27,419 nt of DNA from positions 1-27,419 of the forward strand of contig JAXDQU010000109.1 of assembly GCA_034667685.1 (NCBI GenBank), read 5' to 3'. Source of the stretch: Thermoplasmata archaeon. Lineage in GTDB: Archaea > Thermoplasmatota > SW-10-69-26 > JACQPN01 > JAJPHT01. Below are positions 1-9,133 of the stretch, piece by piece. Both the position numbers and the translations under genes were made by a program. Numbering within the stretch: the stretch's first letter is position 1; each line of letters begins with the position of its first letter. The notes under the pieces were generated by a model. That model worked only from the letters and a program-made list of their open reading frames with translations, was not told the origin of the DNA and searched no databases.

Positions 1-1
1 C

Positions 2-553
2 GCGCTCGCGGAGGCGCGCATCGCGGGCGGCCTGGCCAACCCGCACGTCGTCGCGGTCTACGACGCGTTCCGCCGCCGCGGCTCGTGGGTCCTCGTGCTG
101 GAGAACGCGGAGGGGGGCTCGCTGGAAAGCCTGCTTCAGCAAGGCCCGATCCCGCCGGCCCGCGCGCAGACGCTGCTGCACGACGTCATCGCGGGCGTCG
201 CCGCCGTGCACGCGAAGGGCATCGTCCACGGCGACCTCAAGCCGCACAACGTCCTCCTCTCCGCCGAGGGGCGCGCGCGCATCGCGGACTTCGGCCTCGC
301 CCGCCTCGCGCGCGGCCGCACCGCGCCGCTCGACGGTCCCCTCATGGGCACGCCCGACTTCCTCGCGCCCGAGCAGCGCAGGGGCGGGTCCGTCACGTCG
401 CGCACTGACGTCTACGCCCTCGGCCTGCTCGCGAAGCGGCTCTTTTCCGAGGGCGTGCCGCCGGCGCTCGCGCCGGTCGTGCAGCGCGCGCTCCAAGAGG
501 ATCCGATGGCGCGGTACGCCGACGCGAACGAGATGCTTAGAGCGTTGCTCTAG
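2..553 (+). CDS. Ser/Thr protein kinase (Hanks-type), 5'-truncated by the window edge
   Basis: Frame open from base 2: EARIAGGLANPHVVAVYD, HGDLKPHNVLL (catalytic loop), IADFGLA, GTPDFLAPE, TDVYALG. Confidence 0.95.
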   Translation, partial: ALAEARIAGGLANPHVVAVYDAFRRRGSWVLVLENAEGGSLESLLQQGPIPPARAQTLLHDVIAGVAAVHAKGIVHGDLKPHNVLLSAEGRARIADFGLARLARGRTAPLDGPLMGTPDFLAPEQRRGGSVTSRTDVYALGLLAKRLFSEGVPPALAPVVQRALQEDPMARYADANEMLRALL

Positions 554-712
554 CGCCGCTCCTCTCGCTGCGTCGGCCTTCGGCCTCCTCGCTCGGGGCG
601 GCGAGCGCGCGGCGCGAAACGCGCGCTTCGCGCGCGGTCTCCGGCTCCGCGCCTTCGGCGCAGGCCTGCGACACCGCGCCGCGCGCGCCCGCTCGCTTCG
701 CTCGCTAGCGCC
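550..712. repeat. Palindromic MITE/REP-like insert flanked by CTAG(CGCC) direct repeats
   Basis: CTAGCGCC at 550-557 and 705-712. Internal stems 554-562/595-603 and 605-616/675-686. TTC-loop hairpins at 575-585, 620-636 and 649-661. Confidence 0.6.
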
Positions 713-1391
713 AGTATAGCAGCGCGCTGCGCCCCGCGCCGACGAGGTCGCCGTGGGCGAGCTTCGTGCTTTCGCCGGGCGCGAGCCTGCGGAGGTTCAG
801 CCAGGTGCCGTTGCGGCTTCCGACGACGTCCTCGATCCAGTGCGCGCCCTCGCGCCACCCGATGCGCGAGTTCTCGCTGCTCACCGCGGCGTCGTAGTCG
901 AGGCAGACGGCGACCCCGCGCCGGCGCCCCACGATCCACTCGCGCTCGCCCGCGCCCGGATCGAGGTGGAACGCCTGGCCCTCGTCCGCGCCCTTCACGA
1001 GCACGAGCACGGGGCCGCGCGGACGCTGCGCGCCCAGGTCGGCGGAGGGCGCCGTCTCGCCGCCCGGATCGACCGCGGGGCGCAGCCGCGCGAGCTGGCG
1101 CACGTCGTCGCCCATGCCGTAGAGGCGCGCGTGGTTGAGGATGAACTCGGTCGTGTCGCCGTACTCGCGCCCCGCCTCGCGCGTCGAGATGAGGCCCGCC
1201 TCCAGCAGCGTGTCCAGGTGGCGGCGGATGGCCTGGCGCGTGATCGGGCGGCCGTCCTCCTCGGAGGCGACCTCGATCTCGCGCAGGGCGCGCGGCGTGC
1301 GGAGGGTGCGCAGGATCGCGAGGCGCGTCGGGCTGGCGAGCGCGCCCAGCACGAGCGAGAGCGCCTCGTCGGAGGGGCGGACCGGCTCCAT
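705..1391 (-). CDS. ArsR-family winged HTH plus FHA domain transcriptional regulator
   Basis: N-term ALASPTRLAIL...RQAIRRHLDTLLEAGLI (ArsR HTH). C-term IVGRR...AVSSENSRI...IEDVVGSRNGTWLN...LAHGDLVGAG (FHA). Confidence 0.9.
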   Translation of the reverse strand: MEPVRPSDEALSLVLGALASPTRLAILRTLRTPRALREIEVASEEDGRPITRQAIRRHLDTLLEAGLISTREAGREYGDTTEFILNHARLYGMGDDVRQLARLRPAVDPGGETAPSADLGAQRPRGPVLVLVKGADEGQAFHLDPGAGEREWIVGRRRGVAVCLDYDAAVSSENSRIGWREGAHWIEDVVGSRNGTWLNLRRLAPGESTKLAHGDLVGAGRSALLYWR

Positions 1392-1397
1392 GCGCGC

Positions 1398-1628
1398 TCA
1401 CAGCGCCGGGTAGCAGCGGTCGGGCGGGCACGGGTTCGTGACGCACGAGACAGGCGCGGTGGGACCCACGGCGAAGCAGGCGAGGGTGTCGCGCCCGCAG
1501 CCGGTCGCGCAGACGGCGGCGACGCAGCCCATCTTGGGCGCGCACGCGGAGACCCAGCCGGCGCTGGCCGCGGGGGCGAGGGTGGTGGCGGCGAGGAGCA
1601 GCAGGCCGACGAGCAGGATGGATCGCAT
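1398..1628 (-). CDS. Small secreted Cys-rich peptide (8 Cys)
   Basis: Signal peptide MRSILLVGLLLLAATTLAPAASA, mature part with 8 cysteines. Start overlaps the upstream stop (TGATG). Confidence 0.75.
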   Translation of the reverse strand: MRSILLVGLLLLAATTLAPAASAGWVSACAPKMGCVAAVCATGCGRDTLACFAVGPTAPVSCVTNPCPPDRCYPAL

Positions 1629-1837
1629 CAGGGGGGCGACCGCTCGCCCTCCGCTTGGGACTTGCGCTGCCCGCGCGCGATGCGGGCCGCGCGCTCCGCG
1701 GTCCCCTGCGAGGCGTCCCCGCCCTGGCCCGCGACGCCGAACGCGTCGTCGTCCCAGATCTGGAGGCCCCGGTCCGACTTGATCACGTTGTCCTTCTTGG
1801 CGAGGACGTCCTTCTGGTCGCGGCTCTCGGTGGGCAT
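1628..1837 (-). CDS. Small hypothetical protein (69 aa, MPTESRDQK...)
   Basis: Fills the gap between purQ and the secreted peptide, has host-like codon usage, and its stop overlaps the next start. Confidence 0.55.
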   Translation of the reverse strand: MPTESRDQKDVLAKKDNVIKSDRGLQIWDDDAFGVAGQGGDASQGTAERAARIARGQRKSQAEGERSPP

Positions 1838-1895
1838 CGCGTCGGAGGGTGCGCGCTCATGCTGGCCGTTGTTGGTACATGTGGCGAACCGCGTC

Positions 1896-2741
1896 TCAGA
1901 ACTTCTTCTCGACGTAGGCGAGCACGCTTTCGAACACGGCGCGCCCGTCGCCCGCATCGTCGGGCTTGTGCCGCGCGTCGCGCGTCCAGTCGGGGTGCTG
2001 CCAGCGGTGGAACACGCGCTCCGGGTGCGGCATCATGCCGAACACGGTGCCCATGTCGTTCGTGACGCCCGCGATGCCAGCCGTCGAGCCGCTCGGGCTC
2101 CACGGGTACTGCGCCTTGCCACCCGCGGGGTCCGTGTACGTGAAGACGATCTGGTCGCGCTCGGCCATCTTCTTGAGCATGCGCTCGCGCTCCGACGTGG
2201 GCAGCATGAACTTGCCCTCGGCGTGCGCGCTCGGAATGAGCCGCACCTCGCCCTTCGGGATCTCGCGCGTGAAGACGCACTTGCCGCGGCTCTCGTGCTT
2301 GAGCAGCGTGGGCCGGCACTCGAAGAGCGCGCTGTCGTTGCGGTTGAGCACGGCCATCGGCTCGTCGGGGAGCACGGCGCCCTTGCCGGGCAGGAGGCCC
2401 AGCTCGACGAGCACTTGGAAGCCGTTGCACATGCCGCCGATGGGCTTCTCGGCCTTGACGAACGCCTCGATCTCGCGCGGCATGGCCGCCTTCATGCGGG
2501 CCGCGTAGATGGCGCCGGCGCGGATGTAGTCGCCCGCGCTGAAGCCGCCGGGCAGCATGAGCACGTGGTAGTCGGAGAGCCTGCGCTTGTCCTCGGGCGC
2601 GACGTCCTTCTTCACGAGCTGGTTGAGGTGGACGAGCTCGGGCTGCGCGCCCATCGCGTGGAAGTTGTCCCACATCTCCTGCTCGTTGTTCGTGCCTTCG
2701 ATCCGCAGGACGGCGACCTTGATGTCACGACGGTAGACCAT
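1896..2741 (-). CDS. purQ: Phosphoribosylformylglycinamidine synthase glutaminase subunit
   Basis: PGGFSAGDY, GMCNGFQVL (catalytic Cys), AHAEG, GMMPHPER. Confidence 0.98.
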   Translation of the reverse strand: MVYRRDIKVAVLRIEGTNNEQEMWDNFHAMGAQPELVHLNQLVKKDVAPEDKRRLSDYHVLMLPGGFSAGDYIRAGAIYAARMKAAMPREIEAFVKAEKPIGGMCNGFQVLVELGLLPGKGAVLPDEPMAVLNRNDSALFECRPTLLKHESRGKCVFTREIPKGEVRLIPSAHAEGKFMLPTSERERMLKKMAERDQIVFTYTDPAGGKAQYPWSPSGSTAGIAGVTNDMGTVFGMMPHPERVFHRWQHPDWTRDARHKPDDAGDGRAVFESVLAYVEKKF

Positions 2742-5081
2742 TCAGGCCATCCTCCTCTTCAGGCCCGTGCTGAACTCTTCGCGAGCCGCCTTGAGGGGCA
2801 GGCTCACGAGGCGCTGCGCGCCCTCGGCGATCTCGATCGAGGAGCCGCCGACCGCGCCGATGCGCTGCGCGGAGACGCCGTGGGCGCGGAAGTGCGCCTC
2901 CAGCGCGGCGGGGTCCTTGGCCTCGACGATCCAGCGCGTGTTGCTCTCGCTGAAGAGCAGCACGTCGTCGGGCAGCACGCCCAGGGGCGCCACGTCCACG
3001 CGCGCGCCCACGTCGCCGCCCAGGCACATCTCGGCCAGGGCCACGGCGAAGCCGCCCATGCTGATATCATGGGCCGCGGCGACGAGCCCCTTCTCGATGG
3101 CCGAGACGACGGCCTCGCAGTAGCGCCTGGTGTCGCCCAGGTCGACGCGCGGGACCGCGGTGCTCTCGCCGCCCGCGTAGGCGTACCAGTGGCTGCCGCC
3201 CATCTCGTCCTTGACGTGGCCGACGTGGTAGAGCGCGTGTCCTTCCTGCTTCAGGTCGGTGGTCACGCACCGGCGGATGTCCTGCACGATGCCCACGCCG
3301 AGCAGCGAGGGCGTCACCGGGATCGGCGTGGTGGGGCTCTCGTTGTACATCGAGACGTTGCCGCTGATGAACGGCGTGCCCAGCGCGCGGGCTCCGTCGC
3401 CCAGCGCCTTCGCGCCCATCTCGATCTTGCCCATCTGGAGCGGCTTCTGCGGGTTGGGGAGGTTGAGGTTGTCCGCGATGCTATCAAGCCGCGCGCCGAC
3501 GGACGCGAGGTTGCGCGCCAGCTCGTCGATGCCCGAGAGCGTGCCCCAGTAGGGGTCCACGTCGGTCATGTGCGGGTTGATGTCGCACGTGATCGCGAGT
3601 CCCTTCCACGAGTCCGCGACGGGCTTGAGGACCGCCGCGTCGCCGTGCGAGGCCACGCCGACCTTGCCCTGCAGGGGCTTCAGCACGGTGCGCGCCCGGA
3701 CCTCGTGGTCGTAGACGCGGATCACGCTCTCGCGCGAGGCGAGGTTCTCGTGGCCCAAGAGCTCCAGGAGCGCCTTGCTGTAGTCCTCGCGCGTCGCGGG
3801 GCGCTTCGTCGTCTGCGGCTGGACCTCGACGATCTCCATCGGGCGGTGGTAGACCGGGCCGCCGTAGAGGAACTCGCTGTCCATGTCGAAGACGACGTGC
3901 CCCTTCCACATGACGCGCACGCGCTTCTCGGGCACGGCCGTGCCAACGACGCGCGCCTCGACGTCCCACTTGTTGGCGATGGCGAGCACGGCCTCGACGT
4001 TCTCGGGTCGCACGGTCACCATCATGCGCTCCTGGGACTCGGAGACCCAGATCTCCCAGGGCTTCATGTCGGGCGCCTTGAGGTGGACCTGGTCGAGGTG
4101 GATCTCCGCCCCGACGCCGGCGTCGAGCGCCATCTCGCCGCACACGCACGAGAGGCCGCCGCCGCCCAGGTCCTTGAAGCCCGATAGCAATTTCCTCTCG
4201 TTGGCCTCGAGGCACGCGTGGATCAAGGGTTCTTTCGTGATGGGATCTCCAAGCTGGACGGCCGAGCGTGAGGTCTCGTCCGCGTTTTCCTCCAAGTCGG
4301 CGCTCGCGAACGTGACGCCGTGGATCCCATCACGGCCGGTCCGACCTCCAAGCAGGATGTACATGTCGCCCACGTTGCCGACGCGCGAGTGGATCAGGTT
4401 CTCGCGCTTCATGATCCCGATGCAGCCCACGTTGACGAGGCAGTTCGTCAGGAACTTCGGATGGAAGTGGATCAGGCCCGCGACGGTGGGGATGCCGATG
4501 CGGTTGCCGTAGTCGCGGATGCCGGCCACGACACCGCCCGCGAGGTACTTGGGGTGCTTCGTGCCGGGCGGCAGCTTCTCGTAGGGCGTGTCGAGCGGCC
4601 CGAAGAAGAGCGGGTCGATGAGCGCGATCGGCTGCGCGCCCATGCACACGACGTCGCGCACGACGCCGCCGATGCCGGTCGCCGCGCCACCGTAGGGTTC
4701 GATGGCGCTGGGGTGATTGTGGCTCTCGATCTTCGCGACGTAGTCCCACTCGCCATCGAAATGCATCACGCCCGCGTCCTCGCGCGCGATGAGCCGGTCC
4801 TCGTGGATGCCATACACGTGGCGCTTGAGCACGGGCTTGCTGCTCTTGTAGCAGCAGTGCTCCGACCAGGCCTGGCCCAGCGCCTCCAGCTCGATGTCAA
4901 ACGGCGCGCGGCCCACCTTGGCGAAGTGCTGCTGGACGACTTTCATCTCGGAGGCGTCGAGCCCGATGCCCATCGTGCGGCTGAGCTCGGCCAATTCCTC
5001 GTCCTTGGCGCCCGCGAGGTCGATCGCGTAGACCTTCGGCGACTCCAGGACGAGCTTGCTGCGGTTCGTGAGCGCGCTCAT
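2742..5081 (-). CDS. purL: Phosphoribosylformylglycinamidine synthase synthetase subunit
   Basis: WSEHCCYKSS, KIESHNHPSAIEPYGGAATGIGG, DLGGGGL, SESQERM, SGNVSMYNE. Start taken at MSALTN (5081), not the ORF-track start at 5204. Confidence 0.98.
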   Translation of the reverse strand: MSALTNRSKLVLESPKVYAIDLAGAKDEELAELSRTMGIGLDASEMKVVQQHFAKVGRAPFDIELEALGQAWSEHCCYKSSKPVLKRHVYGIHEDRLIAREDAGVMHFDGEWDYVAKIESHNHPSAIEPYGGAATGIGGVVRDVVCMGAQPIALIDPLFFGPLDTPYEKLPPGTKHPKYLAGGVVAGIRDYGNRIGIPTVAGLIHFHPKFLTNCLVNVGCIGIMKRENLIHSRVGNVGDMYILLGGRTGRDGIHGVTFASADLEENADETSRSAVQLGDPITKEPLIHACLEANERKLLSGFKDLGGGGLSCVCGEMALDAGVGAEIHLDQVHLKAPDMKPWEIWVSESQERMMVTVRPENVEAVLAIANKWDVEARVVGTAVPEKRVRVMWKGHVVFDMDSEFLYGGPVYHRPMEIVEVQPQTTKRPATREDYSKALLELLGHENLASRESVIRVYDHEVRARTVLKPLQGKVGVASHGDAAVLKPVADSWKGLAITCDINPHMTDVDPYWGTLSGIDELARNLASVGARLDSIADNLNLPNPQKPLQMGKIEMGAKALGDGARALGTPFISGNVSMYNESPTTPIPVTPSLLGVGIVQDIRRCVTTDLKQEGHALYHVGHVKDEMGGSHWYAYAGGESTAVPRVDLGDTRRYCEAVVSAIEKGLVAAAHDISMGGFAVALAEMCLGGDVGARVDVAPLGVLPDDVLLFSESNTRWIVEAKDPAALEAHFRAHGVSAQRIGAVGGSSIEIAEGAQRLVSLPLKAAREEFSTGLKRRMA

Positions 5082-5085
5082 CGGC

Positions 5086-5475
5086 TCACCGCTTCTTGGC
5101 GCTCTTCTTCGCGGGCTTACGCGCCGACTTGGCCTTCTTCGCCGTCTTGGCGGGCTTGACCGTCTTCTTCGGCGCCGCGGCGGGCTGCGTCTTCTTGCCC
5201 GCAAGGTCCACCAGCGTGATGGCGGGCGTGTGGATGACCGGGTTGACGAGCAGGCGCTTGCACATCTCGTCCACGGACGACTTGGCCTCGGCCGCGCTCT
5301 TCGCGTCGAGGTCCAGCGTGAACGCGTGGACGGCCTTCACGCTCTGGACGCCGCGGAAGCCGAGCAGCTCCAGCGTCTTCTTCGTGTTCGCGCCCTCGGG
5401 GTCGGCGACGCCGGGCTTCAGCTCGATGCGGACTTCGGCACGGTACACTTGGGCACCACCTGCTGGGCCGGCCAA
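5086..5475 (-). CDS. purS: FGAM synthase subunit PurS with Lys/Ala-rich C-terminal tail (true start possibly GTG 5448)
   Basis: EVRIELKPGVADPEG...LGF...MCKRLLVNPVI, directly upstream of purL. Confidence 0.95.
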   Translation of the reverse strand: MAGPAGGAQVYRAEVRIELKPGVADPEGANTKKTLELLGFRGVQSVKAVHAFTLDLDAKSAAEAKSSVDEMCKRLLVNPVIHTPAITLVDLAGKKTQPAAAPKKTVKPAKTAKKAKSARKPAKKSAKKR

Positions 5476-5508
5476 GCCAGGTCCGGCCCATGAAGCCTCG
5501 GGGGGTGG

Positions 5509-5955
5509 TTACCCTTGGTGACCTTGCGCCAGTTCGGCGTTGGCCGTCGCGACGTGCGCGTCCAGGTCGCGCTGGATGTACCGCGCCAGCACCCCACGCG
5601 GGACGAGGCGTACCAGGCCCACGCGCGGGTACGTGCGCGTGACGCGCGTCGCTCCGCCCTCAGCCTCGAACCGCCACACGCTCCGGTTCCGCGTCGGCCA
5701 GAGAAGGTCCTCGACCAGCTCGTGCGCCTCCGCCCGGATCGTCACGCGGTGCCGCACCAGGAGGATGCCGGGCTTCGGCCCCGCGCCGCGCTCCTCCAGC
5801 AGCACGACGTCGCCCTCGCGCGCCACGACGCGCCGGCGCGTGCGCGAGACGCCGTGGTCGATGACGAAGAGCTGACCGGGCTCCCCGAAGTCGGTCCACC
5901 ACGCCCAGGCGAGCGCGAGCGGCGCGCGGATGAGGCCGCTGACCTCCACGTCCAT
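5509..5955 (-). CDS. SRPBCC/START-fold-like protein
   Basis: N-term 'VSGLIRAPLALAWAWWTDF', 'WRFEAEGGATRVT' and a C-terminal helix match the Bet v1-like pattern. Confidence 0.65.
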   Translation of the reverse strand: MDVEVSGLIRAPLALAWAWWTDFGEPGQLFVIDHGVSRTRRRVVAREGDVVLLEERGAGPKPGILLVRHRVTIRAEAHELVEDLLWPTRNRSVWRFEAEGGATRVTRTYPRVGLVRLVPRGVLARYIQRDLDAHVATANAELAQGHQG

Positions 5956-5979
5956 GCGCCCCGGAGCGGCGCGGCCGGG

Positions 5980-6363
5980 TTAGAGCTTCGCGACGTCGAG
6001 GATCTGCGCGGGGCGGAGGCCGAGGGCGGCGAAATCCCGACGGTCGGCGGTCCAGAGGACGTCTCCCTCCCCGACGTGGCCTGCGATCATGGCGTCGCGG
6101 CTGGAGCGTCGCCATGCGGGATCCGCATGGACGCGCAGCCGGAGCGTGCGCAGCGTCTCGACCATTCCATAGGGCTCGATCTGCGCCTCCTCGGCCTCCG
6201 CGAACCGGCGCATCAGCGCGATGCCATCGTGGCCATCGCGCTGGAGCTGACGGGCGCGCTCCAGGAAGACGATGCTCGGGAGGACGATCGTCCTCCCCGT
6301 CCGCTCGATCGTCGCGACGGCGCGCGGGTAGTAGAGCGCGCTCGTGTCCAGGATGATCCTCAT
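5980..6363 (-). CDS. vapC: PIN-domain toxin (VapC-like)
   Basis: IILDTSAL, E in 'VFLER', RDAMIAG, LWTADRRDF. Confidence 0.9.
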   Translation of the reverse strand: MRIILDTSALYYPRAVATIERTGRTIVLPSIVFLERARQLQRDGHDGIALMRRFAEAEEAQIEPYGMVETLRTLRLRVHADPAWRRSSRDAMIAGHVGEGDVLWTADRRDFAALGLRPAQILDVAKL

Positions 6364-6367
6364 GCGC

Positions 6368-6607
6368 TCACTTCAGGGACCATCGTTCCTTGGGCGGGCG
6401 CCGGCCTTTCAGCTTGCGCTGCTCGGCCTCCGCGATCCGGATCATGTCGTCGATCGCCGCGCGGCGCTGGTCCTCACGCTCGGCGAGATCCAGCGCATCA
6501 CGGATGACCGTGCTCACGTCCGCTCCACGCCGCTTGGCGAGGCGCGCGAGCCGGTCGTCCTCCTCGCGCGTGAGGCGGACGCGGCGGACGATCGTCCTCT
6601 CGGCCAT
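6368..6607 (-). CDS. CopG/RHH antitoxin (VapB-like)
   Basis: 79 aa with 'VRLTREEDDRLARLAKRRGADVSTVIRDAL' (RHH pattern), immediately upstream of the PIN gene. Confidence 0.85.
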   Translation of the reverse strand: MAERTIVRRVRLTREEDDRLARLAKRRGADVSTVIRDALDLAEREDQRRAAIDDMIRIAEAEQRKLKGRRPPKERWSLK

Positions 6608-7089
6608 CACGGTGGATTGCGCCTCCGCGACCTTGAACGTTGCCACGTTTGGGCCACGGTTGTGGCTACAACCACGATGCCCACCACCGCGGCGGCTCCG
6701 GGGCCCGGGACCCCCCGCGCGGGCGTTGGCGCGGCCGGCCACTCGAGCTGCGCGCCGCCCGCGCCGTCGTCCACGTCCAGCGTCACGGGCCGGGCAGGGT
6801 CCGCGCGGCGCGCGATCAGCGCGACCGTGCCAGGCAGGCCGTGCCAGACGCTCGTCGCGTCGACCTCGAACGTCGCGGGCGCCGCGGCGAAGGCCCCGGG
6901 CTCGCCCTCGGCGGGCGCCACCGCGACCTGCACCGCGGCGCCGTCGGCCTCGACGTGGAGCATCCCGCCCTGCGGCAGGCGCACGAGGAAGCGCGCCTCG
7001 GTCGCGCCGAGGCGACTCTCCGTGGGGAAGGCGTCGAGGGCGAGGGCCGAGGGCGCCACGAGCAGCGCCGCGAGGAGCAGCGCGCGCAT
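6607..7089 (-). CDS. Secreted surface protein with PGF-CTERM-like sorting signal
   Basis: Signal peptide MRALLLAALLVAPSALA. C-term VPGPG, then a hydrophobic helix, then an Arg cluster. Confidence 0.75.
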   Translation of the reverse strand: MRALLLAALLVAPSALALDAFPTESRLGATEARFLVRLPQGGMLHVEADGAAVQVAVAPAEGEPGAFAAAPATFEVDATSVWHGLPGTVALIARRADPARPVTLDVDDGAGGAQLEWPAAPTPARGVPGPGAAAVVGIVVVATTVAQTWQRSRSRRRNPP

Positions 7090-9002
7090 CACGATGCACC
7101 CGGGAGCGCGAGCACGCGCAGCGCCGTGGCGCGCGTGCCCGAGGGGAGCGGGCCGTCCGGGAGACGCGCGACGAGCGTGGCCTGGTCGCCGGGGGCGAGC
7201 GTGACGTCGAACACGAGGCGGCCGGGGGACGCGACGCGCGGCGCCAGCGTCGTGCCGTTCACCACGAGGCTCACGGTCAGGTTGTCCCGCGTCTCCACGA
7301 CGACGCGCCGCACGGCGAGCCCTCCCGCGTTGGCGAGCGCAAGGCTCGCCTGGCGTCCGGCGAGGACGGGCGCGCCCAGCCCGACGCGCACCCACGGACC
7401 GGCGTCGAAGGTCGTGTTGACCGTGCCCACGGTGCCGTTGGCGAACGTCACGCGCAGCGCGAGCGTGTAACGGCCGGGCGCCAGCGTCGGGGGGCCCTCG
7501 ACGGTGACGTTGCCGCCCTCCACGCGCGCCGTGAGGTTGGGCTCCAGCGCGCCGTCCCAGCGCAGGACGGTGACGTTGCCCGACGCGCCCGCGAGGTCCC
7601 AGCCGGGCGCGGCGAGGCTCCACGTCGCAGGCAAGCGGGGCAGGCCGTGGGCCGGCGCGAGCGTCAGGTTCGGGGTCGCGCGCGTCCAGACGCCTTCGCG
7701 CCACGCGAGCGCGGGTCCGTCCGCGCGCGCCAGGAGCGTGGCGTTCCAGGGCAGGCTCGCGGCGTCGGAGGGAGGGGCGAGGCTCGCGTGCGCCGCGCCG
7801 CCGACGAAGGGGACGTCCTGCGCCGCGTTGCCCAGCCTCAGGCGCAGGATGCCGTCTCCGGTGCCGTTGGCGTCGAAGGCGAGCGCGCCGCCCTGCTGCG
7901 TGGCGTTGAGCGCCGCGAGCGTGGGGAGCGCGCTCAGGTTCAACGTCGCGCTGCCCAGCGTCGCGCCGTTGAGGACGAGGGAGAGGCGCACCGGGCCCGG
8001 CGCGGCGCCTGCCGGCACGCGCAGCGTCAGCGGATACGCGGTCAGGCCAGCGCCCTCCGACGTCACGCCGCGCGGCGCGCCCTGCGCGAGGTCGACGAGG
8101 GACGCGCCGTTGGCGAAGGTCGCGGTGAGGCCCGTCGCGGCGGCGCTCCCGCGGAAGAGCTTGGCTTCGAGCGTGCCGGCGCCGGGCGCGCCGTTGCGGT
8201 CCGCGAGCAGGACGTCGACGGGGATCGTCAGGTCGGCGTCGGGCGTGACGTTGGCGAGCGCGATCGGCGCGAGGGCCGGGGCGACGTCCTTGACGACGAA
8301 CGTGCGCGTGAGGTTGGCCAGCGCGATCCCGTGGCGCGTGGCGCTCAGCGTCAGGCGGAACGTGGCGTTGGGGAGCGGGCTGTCGTGCCAGCGGTGCTCC
8401 AGCGAGACGTCGGTGGCGTTGGGCGTCGCGGGCAGGGGGAGCGCGCCCTCGGCGTGGTAGCCGGGGCCCTCGACGGTGAAGCGCAGCGCCGGGTCGAGGT
8501 CCGCGAGGCCGTTGCCGTCGTGCAGCGTCCCGCGCGTGATGACGTCGTCGCCGGGCGCCTTCAGCTTCCCGTCGGCGTTGACCGAGTCGCCGGTCAGGTT
8601 CAGGTACGTCGGCTCGTCGGGGACGTCGAAGGCGAGCGTCGCGGAGCCGCCGTCGCTCCCCTCGACGTGGAAGGAGAGCGGGGCGCTGGCGGCGCCGTCG
8701 AGGACGAGCGAGACCGCGTAGTCGCCCGGCCCTTCGGCGGGCAGGAACGCGAAGCTGAGCCGCGTCGCGCCGGCGGGCAGGTCGAGCGTGCCCAGGTCGC
8801 GCGTCGCGTGCAAGCCTTCGGCCGTGACGTCGAGGCTGGCCGTGGCTTGGCCGGCGCTCTCGCGCATGACGTCATAGAGGAGCGACCAGCCCCCGTTGGC
8901 GTCGGGGCCGAGCGCCTGCGCGGGCGTGGCGGAGCCGGCGGCGGCGAAGGGGGCGAGGGGCGTCAGGAGCAGCAGCGCGAGGATGGGCACGAAGCGTCGC
9001 AT
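7089..9002 (-). CDS. Large secreted beta-rich (Ig-like) surface glycoprotein
   Basis: Signal peptide, many N-x-T/S sequons, beta-strand-rich repeated domains. Translationally coupled to the next gene. Confidence 0.8.
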   Translation of the reverse strand: MRRFVPILALLLLTPLAPFAAAGSATPAQALGPDANGGWSLLYDVMRESAGQATASLDVTAEGLHATRDLGTLDLPAGATRLSFAFLPAEGPGDYAVSLVLDGAASAPLSFHVEGSDGGSATLAFDVPDEPTYLNLTGDSVNADGKLKAPGDDVITRGTLHDGNGLADLDPALRFTVEGPGYHAEGALPLPATPNATDVSLEHRWHDSPLPNATFRLTLSATRHGIALANLTRTFVVKDVAPALAPIALANVTPDADLTIPVDVLLADRNGAPGAGTLEAKLFRGSAAATGLTATFANGASLVDLAQGAPRGVTSEGAGLTAYPLTLRVPAGAAPGPVRLSLVLNGATLGSATLNLSALPTLAALNATQQGGALAFDANGTGDGILRLRLGNAAQDVPFVGGAAHASLAPPSDAASLPWNATLLARADGPALAWREGVWTRATPNLTLAPAHGLPRLPATWSLAAPGWDLAGASGNVTVLRWDGALEPNLTARVEGGNVTVEGPPTLAPGRYTLALRVTFANGTVGTVNTTFDAGPWVRVGLGAPVLAGRQASLALANAGGLAVRRVVVETRDNLTVSLVVNGTTLAPRVASPGRLVFDVTLAPGDQATLVARLPDGPLPSGTRATALRVLALPGAS

Positions 9003-9126
9003 CGGACGCCACGAGCGCCGAGGTTGATATCACCGTTATCCGGGAATCACCCGATCCGTACCGGCACACCTGGAGAGCAAATCGTCGGGAGCGGCTTCTC
9101 CTCGGGATTGTAACGCCGACCGGGCC

Positions 9127-9133
9127 TTTATAA
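9127..9133. promoter_or_regulatory. Candidate archaeal TATA box in a divergent intergenic region
   Basis: TTTATAA (TTATAAA on the minus strand) between divergent genes, inside an 11-bp inverted repeat 9058-9068/9154-9164. Confidence 0.5.

Noticed and set aside
753-4187. 1144-aa plus-strand ORF
   Set aside because: Antisense shadow of purL, purQ and the FHA gene, typical of high-GC DNA.
6390-9113. 907-aa plus-strand ORF
   Set aside because: Arg/Ala-rich antisense shadow of real minus-strand genes.
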